Shown in pieces: positions 1 to 8,654 of a stretch of 27,774 bases of DNA. Below the pieces are notes generated by a model. It made no database searches. It was not told where the DNA came from and saw only the letters and a program-made list of their open reading frames with translations. Location of the stretch: contig JBHLLP010000047.1 of NCBI GenBank assembly GCA_048885525.1, positions 1 to 27,774 on the forward strand. Reading direction: 5' to 3'. The position numbers and the translations under genes were made by a program. Position 1 is the stretch's first letter. The number at the start of each line of letters is the position of its first letter. Source of the stretch: Candidatus Hermodarchaeota archaeon (GTDB lineage Archaea; Asgardarchaeota; Lokiarchaeia; Sigyniarchaeales; SOKP01).

Positions 1-231
1 AAAGATAAACCAAAGTACCCTGATTTCGTAAAAAAAATTCATCACTGGACAGTAGTAGCTTCAGATGGACATTATAAAACATATGCGGTTTATGAATTTC
101 CAGATGATAAAATAAAGGAAACAATGAAAGCATTAGCTATAAGATATACTTTGTATGCCACAGTGGAAGGTTACAGATATTATCCTGAATTTTTAATGGA
201 TGCTGAAGAAATAATCAAATCTATTTTTTGA
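1..231 (+). CDS. 3' part of a small hypothetical protein (truncated by window edge)
   Basis: Frame +1 is open from base 1 (KDKPKYPDFVKKIHHWTVVASDGHYKTYAVYEFPDD...IIKSIF) to TGA at 229-231 and is followed by a long T tract. Not in the ORF track. Confidence 0.75.
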   Translation, partial: KDKPKYPDFVKKIHHWTVVASDGHYKTYAVYEFPDDKIKETMKALAIRYTLYATVEGYRYYPEFLMDAEEIIKSIF

Positions 232-263
232 TTTCTTCTTTTTTTTTTTTTTTTATTATTTTA
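232..263 (+). terminator. Poly-T archaeal-type terminator
   Basis: Long T run immediately after the stop codon at 231. Confidence 0.6.
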
Positions 264-285
264 TTCCCTTATTCGGTGTATTAAA

Positions 286-1242
286 TTGTTTGAAGTTAGA
301 GAACTTAAATATTCACAGAATAGCTATAAAAAAATTCTTAGAAGTCTTAAAGAATCTTTGCAAAAATATTTTGTAGAAACGATACAAGAGGATTTGAAAG
401 AAGCTGATTTTTGGTATAAACGGATTGAAAACATTATTAAATCTAGAAGTGAAAATTATACATGTTTTGAAGTCAGAAAAGAAGATGATATTATAGGTTT
501 CTTAACTTTTAGACATTTAAAAGAAAATTTCGTTTTGATTAGACATTTTTTTATATTAGATACTGTTAAGAGAGAAGAAGTTGCATTTATTCTATTAAAG
601 GAATCCATTGAAAAGTTAAAAAATGCTAATGAGAGTATTAAAATTGATAATGCTGCATTTACATTTCCAGATGACTACTTAGTTGGTCCATTAAAAAAAC
701 TTGGATACAGTCTAATGAAAAGACATAATATGATATTGAACTTAGATTCGTTTGATAAAACTTATGAGTTGTTACCTGAATACTCCTTTGCTCCCTTTAT
801 TGAAAATGACTTTTCAGAAATAGCAGAACTATGTGTTGATGCATTTAAAAATCATCCCGATACAACTATTTGGGAAGATGTGACTTCAGTTCCTAGTTAT
901 TTAGAATATTTGAAAAATAGTATGACAACCTACATGTTAAAAGAATGTTCATTTGTCGTAAAAGATAAAAATGGACAGATCGTTGGAATATGTCTAATTG
1001 AAAATGGAGACAAAGAAGGTGAATTTATCATTCAAAACATTGTAGTCAACAAAACACTCCAAAGTAAAGGAATTGGATCGGCTCTTCTTTCAAAAAGCTT
1101 GAATAATATTCGAAAAAAAGGTTATCGAAAAGCCATTCTTACAGTTACAGAAGGGATCCCAGCTCAAAAATTATATGAACGTTTTGGTTTTAAGAAATAT
1201 AATTCAATGAATGTAATAGTGAATTATAATTCTAAAACTTGA
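286..1242 (+). CDS. Tandem GNAT-family N-acetyltransferase
   Basis: The C-terminal domain has the acetyl-CoA motif A (IVVNKTLQSKGIGSALL) and AQKLYERFGF. The N-terminal half is a degenerate GNAT (IIGFLTF...LKKLGY). TTG start lies 6 nt after a GGTGT SD-like site. Confidence 0.85.
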   Translation: MFEVRELKYSQNSYKKILRSLKESLQKYFVETIQEDLKEADFWYKRIENIIKSRSENYTCFEVRKEDDIIGFLTFRHLKENFVLIRHFFILDTVKREEVAFILLKESIEKLKNANESIKIDNAAFTFPDDYLVGPLKKLGYSLMKRHNMILNLDSFDKTYELLPEYSFAPFIENDFSEIAELCVDAFKNHPDTTIWEDVTSVPSYLEYLKNSMTTYMLKECSFVVKDKNGQIVGICLIENGDKEGEFIIQNIVVNKTLQSKGIGSALLSKSLNNIRKKGYRKAILTVTEGIPAQKLYERFGFKKYNSMNVIVNYNSKT

Positions 1243-1676
1243 AGTCTTGAATATCCTTCTTTAACAAAGTCATAATCTAGAAGTTCTATTTTTTCAGGTA
1301 TAATTTTTAATATTAGTTTTCTTCTACCCCTTACGATTTTTTGAGCTTTTTTGAATTCTTCATCACCTTCAGTTAAAAAAATCAACCTCTCTTTACCTGT
1401 AGCTGTTATCTGCATTCCTTGGATTTTCCCTTCCGACATAGGTGTATAAATACCAATACTAACTATTGGGTTTTCTTCCATATTCTTCACTTTCCTTCCT
1501 GGAGCTGGACCTACATAAATGTTAAAACTATCTTTATCTGTGTAAAAATCCATTGGAGTTGCACGAGGAATATTATTGCTACAAGTACAGAGAACTAGTA
1601 CTTTTCTATTATCTAAAAAGTTACGAATTTCTGTCTTAAGCATATCTAAAGGCATTTTTTCTTTACTCATTTTCAA
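1224..1676 (-). CDS. Pyridoxamine 5'-phosphate oxidase-like (split-barrel FMN/F420-binding) protein
   Basis: VLCTCSNNIPRATPM and RKVKNMEENPIVSIGI motifs, and KIIPEKIELLD near the C-terminus. True start may be the ATG at 1670. Confidence 0.8.
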   Translation of the reverse strand: MKMSKEKMPLDMLKTEIRNFLDNRKVLVLCTCSNNIPRATPMDFYTDKDSFNIYVGPAPGRKVKNMEENPIVSIGIYTPMSEGKIQGMQITATGKERLIFLTEGDEEFKKAQKIVRGRRKLILKIIPEKIELLDYDFVKEGYSRLQVLEL

Positions 1677-1768
1677 ATATCACTTAAGTTTTTTATTATA
1701 ACTATAATTGAAAATGAATGAAATAAGATAAATCTTCAAAAATAGTTTTAAGGTTGTTAACTTTACAA

Positions 1769-2923
1769 TTAAAATCCGACTATGTTAGTTGGCGAAAAAT
1801 CAATAGTTGAATCTACAGCTGCTCTTACATAAGGAGATACAGGCCCATTTGCTAATACCATTATCTTTATTTTGGAACCCATATCAGGTTTATTCTGAAC
1901 TCCAAACTTTAATTGAGCCTCTTCAGGAATTTCATTTGAAATAGTAGATACAACTTTATCGACCTTAGATAATGTTAAATTATGATCACCAGTAACCGAT
2001 ACTAAACATCTATTAACTTGTTTTGGGTCTGGCTTTAAAAGAGGATTGTTTAACGCTAGTTTGGCTTTTTCAATTAAATCTGAGTCGTCTCCTATACATT
2101 CTGCAATACCAACTAATCCCGAAGGATATTTTCCAGTAGGGTTTTCCAATAATGTTTTTTTCACATCTGCAAAATCAATATTAACTAAACCACAATTATT
2201 GATTAAATTAACAACTTCTCCAATATTCCTTATTAGTATTTCATCCATAATTTTAAATCCCGTTATCATGGGTATTTTTCCGACGATTCCTAACAAATTA
2301 TCATTTGGAATTGGAATTAGGAAATCAGAATATTTAGCTAGATTTTTTAAACCCAATTGAGCTCTTGCAGTTCTTTGTTTACCTTCAGAGTTAAATGGAA
2401 GTGAGCAAAATGTAACAACTATAGCATCATTTCTTTTTGCTTCTTCTGCAATAATGGGTGCTGCTCCAGTCCCCGTACCACCACCTAATCCGCAAGTTAA
2501 AAAAATAATGTCGGCGTTCAATGTTTTATTTAATCTTTCACGGTCTTCTTCTGCTGCCTCAGCACCGATTAAAGGGTCATTTCCTGACCCTAATCCATTA
2601 CATCGTTCTTTTCCAATTAATATTTTATGTTTTGAATTTGAGTAATATAAGTCATGTGCGTCGGTATTTATATTAATAGTTTCAGCATGAGTGATCCCCA
2701 TATCGTCTAATCGAGATACTGTATTATTTCCTGCACCTCCAACACCAACTACATATGTCTTAATTTTTAAAACTTTTAAAAGATCTGCTAAAAATTTGTC
2801 ATCATCACAACTTGGGTTTGAATTAGGATTCCGGTTATGTGACGCTATTTCATTAAATCGTTCTCTTACTGATGCTCGAGATTTTGCTAGCTCTACTAAA
2901 TCAAAAATATCTTCATTGCTCAT
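1769..2923 (-). CDS. ftsZ: Cell division GTPase FtsZ (archaeal type)
   Basis: VVGVGGAGNN, INTD, GLGGGTGTGAAP tubulin signature, PFxxEG and T7 loop NIDFADV. An archaeal-type N-terminal helix (DDDKFLADLL) precedes the GTPase domain. Confidence 0.93.
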   Translation of the reverse strand: MSNEDIFDLVELAKSRASVRERFNEIASHNRNPNSNPSCDDDKFLADLLKVLKIKTYVVGVGGAGNNTVSRLDDMGITHAETININTDAHDLYYSNSKHKILIGKERCNGLGSGNDPLIGAEAAEEDRERLNKTLNADIIFLTCGLGGGTGTGAAPIIAEEAKRNDAIVVTFCSLPFNSEGKQRTARAQLGLKNLAKYSDFLIPIPNDNLLGIVGKIPMITGFKIMDEILIRNIGEVVNLINNCGLVNIDFADVKKTLLENPTGKYPSGLVGIAECIGDDSDLIEKAKLALNNPLLKPDPKQVNRCLVSVTGDHNLTLSKVDKVVSTISNEIPEEAQLKFGVQNKPDMGSKIKIMVLANGPVSPYVRAAVDSTIDFSPTNIVGF

Positions 2924-3200
2924 CTATCATCATCATAAAAAATGAGTTAAATAGTTAATAATACGAGAACAATATCAGTATAATATAACTAAGAAATATC
3001 TAGGTAATATCTTAGTAACATTTTATTTATTACAAAACTGTTTAAATTAGAATATTTTAGTTATTTGTTAAAGATTTTTTTAGAATTCAATTTTTTTAAT
3101 AAATCATTTTTACGTTTGAAAAAGAAGACAATTAATTATAGAGAATAAATTTATAAATCTTTATTATCATAATAGTCATGGTTTAGGGGTAAAACAAAAT

Positions 3201-3440
3201 ATGGAAATTGATAGAGCTCAAGATAATGGTAGGGAATCAGTAAATTCATCAGAAAATAGCGATTTAATAAAAGTGAGAGCTATCATTACTTGTCCAAATG
3301 GTGATTATAAGAAAAAGTTTAGAAATCAATTTCTAAGAAAAGAAATGGAAATGATGATTGTTAGCTTTAAAGTTTTCGATTGGTTAACATGTAATAAATG
3401 TGGTGAACTTTTAAAGCTAGATTTAGAGTTTAATATTTAA
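3201..3440 (+). CDS. Small hypothetical protein, putative Zn ribbon
   Basis: 79 aa with TCPNG and LTCNKCG knuckle-like motifs. GGGGT lies upstream and a T tract downstream. Confidence 0.65.
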   Translation: MEIDRAQDNGRESVNSSENSDLIKVRAIITCPNGDYKKKFRNQFLRKEMEMMIVSFKVFDWLTCNKCGELLKLDLEFNI

Positions 3441-3514
3441 TCCGTTATAATTTAAAGTTATCTTTTTTTATTCTTGATGAAAATTTTATTTATTTAAAAG
3501 TAACATTTTTAATT

Positions 3515-4825
3515 TTAGATTTCAAAATTAATGCTGCCATATGTACCGCCGCCACCGGGAGTATATTCAATTTTATTATTTCTAAATGCTTCTATGATTT
3601 TTCCTGTAGTATGATCATATTCCTCAATTTTATTAATTGGGATATCAATTGAAACTTCAAATTCGGTTCCTAGTTTTTGAATTATTTTGTTATATTCATT
3701 TAATACAGTTTTACTTGTTGTACTTTTAATTCCCTTTACTGCGCGAATAATATCTATTAACGGTATAGCGTTTATATATTTTGGTCTATGATTTGGATGT
3801 TGAGGTTCAGGATATTGTGAAATTACATCAATTCGTTCACTTACACCTAATTTAATTTTATAATTTCGATTTCTTTCTTCTTTACAAGCTGGACAAACTA
3901 TTTTATTTTTAGAAACTTGATCTATATATTGTTTTTTAGTAATAATTGGATTATCTGAAAAAAAAGTGACAAAATCTTCTGTTTTTGTAAATTGATTAAA
4001 GATTGAATATCCTTTTTTCTTTGTTTTTTTGAAAAGGATTCTTCTACGACATTTACTACAAAACATATTGTAATATTTTCCAAGTTTTGGATGTAACCCT
4101 ACATTTAAAATGATTTTTCTACCTTCTTTTCGTCTTATAGCTAAAGAAATCTCACTAAAAGAAGGGTTATCAACATCAAATCTGTTAAATTCTCTACCTA
4201 AAGATCGAGGATCTTGTGAGTGTGCGTCACTATTACTTAGAAAAGTTACATCTTTTAAGGAACTCATTCTATCTGCGAGATTGGTGTTAGCAGATAGTCC
4301 CAACTCAATAAAATTAATATATTTAGTAGTTTCACCATAACATTGCTTAAGTGTTTCAAATTTATTCTGCCGAAAAATAGCTTTAAAAGGCGTGAAAGCA
4401 TGTGCTGGACCAATTAAAGCCCCTTCACCAGAAACTATCTCGGTTAACTCTGCTGGGGAGAGATTAACCCTTGGTCGACCGCCCCATTCATCTAAAATAT
4501 TTTTTGAATAATGCTTTAATTTCTTTTGTAGAGATCGTACCATATCAAAATCTTCTAATAATATAACTTCATGTACACTTTCTAGATCTTCTATTTCAGT
4601 TTGTAGAATAAAATAAATGTCTTTATAACAATAAGCGCCATCTTTATCTTTTTTTAATTTATTTTCTAAATAATTCAACCAATCTGGTTGTAAAACATCT
4701 CCAGTACCTAAAATATTTAAACCTTTTTTTTTACAAGTATCTATCATTGTGTCAAGATTCAATGATTTCGATACTCCTATTGAATGTGGAGAATGTATAT
4801 GTAGATCTGCGTTATAAATATCCAT
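3515..4825 (-). CDS. endoQ: Endonuclease Q (PHP-domain damaged-base DNA endonuclease, TIGR00375-like)
   Basis: ADLHIHS, GTGD, PAHAFTP, ELGLSA, SNSDAHS, LGRE, GLHPKLGKY, CxxC...CxxC, LGVSERI, RPKY and the terminal PGGGGTYG all match the EndoQ family layout. Confidence 0.85.
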   Translation of the reverse strand: MDIYNADLHIHSPHSIGVSKSLNLDTMIDTCKKKGLNILGTGDVLQPDWLNYLENKLKKDKDGAYCYKDIYFILQTEIEDLESVHEVILLEDFDMVRSLQKKLKHYSKNILDEWGGRPRVNLSPAELTEIVSGEGALIGPAHAFTPFKAIFRQNKFETLKQCYGETTKYINFIELGLSANTNLADRMSSLKDVTFLSNSDAHSQDPRSLGREFNRFDVDNPSFSEISLAIRRKEGRKIILNVGLHPKLGKYYNMFCSKCRRRILFKKTKKKGYSIFNQFTKTEDFVTFFSDNPIITKKQYIDQVSKNKIVCPACKEERNRNYKIKLGVSERIDVISQYPEPQHPNHRPKYINAIPLIDIIRAVKGIKSTTSKTVLNEYNKIIQKLGTEFEVSIDIPINKIEEYDHTTGKIIEAFRNNKIEYTPGGGGTYGSINFEI

Positions 4826-4893
4826 TTCTTCAGTTAAAATTTGATTTTATAAATAATTTAAGTACAGTCTAATTAAGAATATTTTATTTATCA

Positions 4894-5931
4894 TTAAATA
4901 ATGATCATTTTGTCTTGAATAGGATTGTTCAATAAAATCCTAAAATATTCTAATTCATTTTTGAACATTACTTTCTCTAACTTTCCTTCAACTAATACAG
5001 TTTCTTTTTCTCTAGCTTGTTCACAAAAACGACCTCTGAATGAATTTATTTCACTTATATCATCGGTTTTAATATTCTCTAAATTAATATCAGAGTTGAG
5101 AATTGTTAAAGGATTTATTTTGTATGAACAAGGAGTAAAAATAGAATCTTCTGAGTTAATAATTTCTGCTTTAAGTTTAATTCTTCCAAGATTTTTGTAT
5201 TTATAATCATAAAAGTTTCCTTTCCAATCTTCAGGACTTTTTATATATCTAACGAAAAAATCTTTATCCATAAATTTGCCTTGATGTTGTTTTCTTTGTT
5301 CACTTTTAAGAAAATCTCCAAAAGGAATATCAGAACCACCAAATCTCCACTCGTAATGAATTTTATACTCATATTTATTATATTTTCGAATTTTATTGGA
5401 TTTTTTAAATAACCGTTCCAATTTTTCTTGAAAATTCAAACTTGCTTGTGTACCATATATTATTATATCAATGTCGGAATCTTTAGTATTTAATCCTACC
5501 ATTGTTGATCCTGTAATCCCTATTGAATCCTCAGAAAGGTTTCCTTGAGAAATAAATAATTCACATAATTCTCTAGAGCGTAGTTCTATACTAGATAACA
5601 AGTTTTTTTCTAATAGTTTTTTAAAAAAGATTCGAGGGGTATAAATTTTTTTTATTTCTTCCTTTTTAACTCCTTGGACTTCTAAATCAAGTTCTCTTGA
5701 AAAAAAAAGATAATTAGGATATTTTTCTCTCAACAGGGCATATCTTTCTTCAAGGTTGTAAATTTTTCTAAATTTAATATCGTCTTTTATCCGCTCTCCT
5801 TCTGGAGCTGGAAAAAATCGTAAAAAGCATATGATATATTCATCTGGATGGAGAAGACCTTTTACATCAAAAAACAAATGATCCTTTTTTGTTTCTATGT
5901 AGTCTCCTTCAATTCCTTGAATAAATTTCAT
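4894..5931 (-). CDS. Predicted nucleotidyltransferase (Pol-beta superfamily, COG1665-like)
   Basis: IGITGS...SDIDIIIYG catalytic signature. N-terminal EGD...FDVKGLLHP and C-terminal SFRGRFCEQA...VEGKLE are typical of this archaeal family. Confidence 0.75.
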   Translation of the reverse strand: MKFIQGIEGDYIETKKDHLFFDVKGLLHPDEYIICFLRFFPAPEGERIKDDIKFRKIYNLEERYALLREKYPNYLFFSRELDLEVQGVKKEEIKKIYTPRIFFKKLLEKNLLSSIELRSRELCELFISQGNLSEDSIGITGSTMVGLNTKDSDIDIIIYGTQASLNFQEKLERLFKKSNKIRKYNKYEYKIHYEWRFGGSDIPFGDFLKSEQRKQHQGKFMDKDFFVRYIKSPEDWKGNFYDYKYKNLGRIKLKAEIINSEDSIFTPCSYKINPLTILNSDINLENIKTDDISEINSFRGRFCEQAREKETVLVEGKLEKVMFKNELEYFRILLNNPIQDKMIII

Positions 5932-5951
5932 GAATTATATAAGTTTAATAA

Positions 5952-7109
5952 TTAATAATTTGAAGGCGTTTTGGTTTTAATTTTTGAGGGCGTTTTGGTT
6001 TTAATTGAAGGCGTTTTCTTCCTAATCTTTCTCAATTCTCTTTCAAATTCCCTTTTTTCATTTAGGAATCGTTGTTTATCTTTTGCTAATTTTTCTCTTT
6101 CACGTTTTATTGTATTTTTTTCACTTTCTAAGTTCGATTTTTGTTTTTCTAATTGTCTATATTCATTATTTAACCTGCTAAATTTTTCTTCTAAATTTGG
6201 AATTTTCCTATTTAAGGAAAAATACCTATTTTCAGCGCTAGGAATTTTTCTTTCCAATTCTTTTAGTTTTGCTTCTTGTTGTCGTCTTCTTTTTTCTAAA
6301 TCTTTAACATCTCTTTCTACTTTATCTCTATATTTTTTTAGATCTGCTTTTTTCTTATCAATTTCTCGAGTTTTAAGGTCAAGATCTTGCTTTTTATAAC
6401 GAGTCTTTTCTCTTTCTTCCTTTAATTTTTTCTTTTCCTCAGAAATTCTATTTTTTTCATCGTTAATTTCTCTCCGTAGATTATTAAGCTCCTTATTTAG
6501 ATTATCTCGATCTTTAGTTAAATTTTTAATTTCATTTCGTAATTCCATCAATTTAGACTCTAAATCATTGATAGTTCTTTCTAAAGCATTTTCTCTTCTT
6601 TCCATACCTGGAATTTTTGTTTTTATTTCCTTTATTCGTTTTTCTGTTCTTTCTTTTTCCCAATCTAAATTTTTTTTTTGATTAGCAATATCTTCTCTTA
6701 AATTATCTAATTTTTTTTGAAATCTTTCTAATTCAGCATTTTTTTGATCTAATTCTTCATTCTTACTCTTGATCTTTTCTCTAAATTGCCGTTCTTTAGT
6801 AAGTATTTCAATTTTTTGTTGATCTATTTGATTTTTCATTTTTTCTAGCTCGTTTTTTAAGTTATTACGCTGATCAAGAAGAAATTTAATTTTAAGTTCC
6901 TTTTCTTTCCTTTTCTTTTCAAGATCCTCAATGCTTTCTTTGTAATCTTCAACTTGATTAAAAACTTTTTCCCATTCGTTTTTTTCTTTAATTAGTTTGA
7001 TTCTTTCTTTTTTAATTCTTTTTAGTAATTTTTTATCTGGAATTGTTTCTAGTTCTTCATCTGGTGTTTTTTCTCGAATTTGATACTTAGGAATTGGTTC
7101 GTCGTTCAT
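5952..7109 (-). CDS. Long coiled-coil protein with KTPS-repeat tail
   Basis: About 330 aa of K/E/R/L-rich heptad-type sequence with almost no Gly or Pro and no ATPase motifs. Ends KKTPSIKTKTPSKIKTKTPSNY. Confidence 0.8.
   Translation of the reverse strand: MNDEPIPKYQIREKTPDEELETIPDKKLLKRIKKERIKLIKEKNEWEKVFNQVEDYKESIEDLEKKRKEKELKIKFLLDQRNNLKNELEKMKNQIDQQKIEILTKERQFREKIKSKNEELDQKNAELERFQKKLDNLREDIANQKKNLDWEKERTEKRIKEIKTKIPGMERRENALERTINDLESKLMELRNEIKNLTKDRDNLNKELNNLRREINDEKNRISEEKKKLKEEREKTRYKKQDLDLKTREIDKKKADLKKYRDKVERDVKDLEKRRRQQEAKLKELERKIPSAENRYFSLNRKIPNLEEKFSRLNNEYRQLEKQKSNLESEKNTIKREREKLAKDKQRFLNEKREFERELRKIRKKTPSIKTKTPSKIKTKTPSNY
5961..6017. repeat. Short imperfect tandem repeat (GA[A/G]GGCGTTTTGGTTTTAATT, ~2.5 copies) encoding the KTPS tail
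   Basis: Visible directly: tgaaggcgttttggttttaattttt gagggcgttttggttttaatt gaaggcgtttt. Confidence 0.85.
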
Positions 7110-7300
7110 AATGTTTCAATTTTTACATAATCTATTAATAAAGTCATATGAATATTGACTCTAAAGTGTTTGCTAATCAAAACTTTAAAATTAAAATTTT
7201 GTTGATTCTATTTATATAGCTTAATTTCTATTATTTTCATATAATCATAGTAAAAAATTACATTATTTATTATTAAATTATAATCATTGGGGATTACTTT

Positions 7301-7726
7301 ATGGGTTTTGATAATGAATTTGATGATGAATTTGATGAACAAGAATTTGATGAAGACTTAGAAGATTTAGATGAAGAAATTGAAGAAAAGCCGGAAGAGG
7401 ATAAAGAAGAACCTTTTGAAAAGATTCCTGAGGAAGAAGTTGAAGTAAAAACTCCTACTACTAAAGTTGTTTCTAGAGGTAAGAAACTTTCAGTATATTT
7501 TATGTCTACTATTGGTCCAGGTGAGAAAAAACAAAAACTGACTGTTAACGATGGAAATCTTGTAGGTGATATCAAAGAAACTGTAGCAAATTTATTTGGT
7601 TTAGTTCCTGCTGACTTTCATTTATCTTGTGGGGGTGTAACAATGGATGAAACTAATCCTTTAAGCGATTATAATATTTCTGACGGAGATGATATACTTT
7701 TAATTCCAGCTAGTATTGCTGGTTAA
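7301..7726 (+). CDS. Ubiquitin-like protein 1 with long acidic N-terminal extension, C-terminal AG
   Basis: The last 81 aa show a beta-grasp pattern (KLTV..D.K...LSDYNI.DGD.ILLIP) including the ubiquitin hexapeptide LSDYNI. Ends IPASIAG-stop. The N-tail is about 60 aa and D/E-rich. Confidence 0.88.
   Translation: MGFDNEFDDEFDEQEFDEDLEDLDEEIEEKPEEDKEEPFEKIPEEEVEVKTPTTKVVSRGKKLSVYFMSTIGPGEKKQKLTVNDGNLVGDIKETVANLFGLVPADFHLSCGGVTMDETNPLSDYNISDGDDILLIPASIAG
7307..7357 (+). repeat. Tandem TTTGAT-based repeats encoding FDNE-FDDE-FDEQE-FDED
   Basis: tttgataatgaa tttgatgatgaa tttgatgaacaagaa tttgatgaagac. Confidence 0.7.
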
Positions 7727-7775
7727 ATCTTTCTTAAAGAAATAATGGGAGTAAATATTAATTTTCGATTTTTTT

Positions 7776-8570
7776 TTAATTTTTATCTTTTCTTGAGGGA
7801 ATTAGAGCAATTTCATCGTCATCATCTATGCTGTAGTCTTTTATTTGTGAGGTTTCATCTAATAATATCCCTCCGGATGATAAGAGAAAAACTTGATCTT
7901 CATAATCAAATAGTAGTGCAATTTTCTCTTTAACAGCTCTTACTGATTCATCTATATCTATTATAATAATTTTTGTTTTCTCACCAGGTTCCAATAATGA
8001 TCGTATATATACGCGAATTTGATCTTCAATTTTTATAGAGCTCCTTGGTGACATATAAGGTATCACATCATTAATATTATTCCTATTTTCTAACATATTT
8101 TCGATTAGCTCTTTTCTTTCTTTTGGATCATAGTATATCATTTCTCTGATAAACAATATTTTATCCATTTTTGATAGATCCAGTAGGTTAATTTTATTTA
8201 ATTCTTCTTTACTTAAAATTGAAAAAATATATTTATCTATGATTGGCATATCCTTATAGGATTTATTTGATTCAACATATTCATCTAAAGAAGGCATGGC
8301 ATCAATATAATCTTCAACAATATTGAAAGATTTCTTTTGTATTAACTTCTGTTTAGTAGTATATTTTTTTTCTTTTAACATCTTGACTGAACTAGTTTTA
8401 GATTGTATTACGGTATAAATTGTACTAGTGGATAATACAGCAACACTACCTATAGTTAGAGTAAATAATAAGAGATTATTTTCTATATGAAATAGGAAAA
8501 ATAAAATATAGAGCAAAATACAAACAGTATAAAGAACGACAACACTTAATATTCTATAATTTTTTCTCAT
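7776..8570 (-). CDS. Membrane-anchored protein (2 N-terminal TM helices) with C-terminal ubiquitin-like domain
   Basis: Hydrophobic segments at about aa 7-29 and 33-55. The last ~80 aa share PGEK, LSSGG, DE, DY.I.D.D.I.LIP with the free Ubls but end SRKDKN (no Gly). Confidence 0.82.
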   Translation of the reverse strand: MRKNYRILSVVVLYTVCILLYILFFLFHIENNLLLFTLTIGSVAVLSTSTIYTVIQSKTSSVKMLKEKKYTTKQKLIQKKSFNIVEDYIDAMPSLDEYVESNKSYKDMPIIDKYIFSILSKEELNKINLLDLSKMDKILFIREMIYYDPKERKELIENMLENRNNINDVIPYMSPRSSIKIEDQIRVYIRSLLEPGEKTKIIIIDIDESVRAVKEKIALLFDYEDQVFLLSSGGILLDETSQIKDYSIDDDDEIALIPSRKDKN

Positions 8571-8654
8571 GATTTTTTATTAGATTATTTTCTGTAGTTA
8601 AAATATTTAATTTAACATTTAAATGGGATTGGAATAAAAGTGGAGTTTTTAATC

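Noticed and set aside
1224-1242. 19-bp convergent 3' overlap of the GNAT and PNPOx-like genes
   Set aside because: Common in compact archaeal genomes, with no further signal.
2046-2945. Plus-strand ORFs 2046-2360, 2454-2645 and 2691-2945
   Set aside because: Antisense shadows of ftsZ with no motifs.
5961-6017. CRISPR-like repeat
   Set aside because: Contiguous in-frame coding repeats with no spacers.
4110-6399. Plus-strand ORFs 4110-4340, 4925-5206 and 5971-6399
   Set aside because: Antisense shadows. The F/L/S richness simply mirrors K/E codons on the coding strand.
5952-7109. SMC/Rad50 or ESCRT-III
   Set aside because: No Walker motifs, hinge or zinc hook, and no recognisable Snf7 helix pattern with an acidic C-terminal half.
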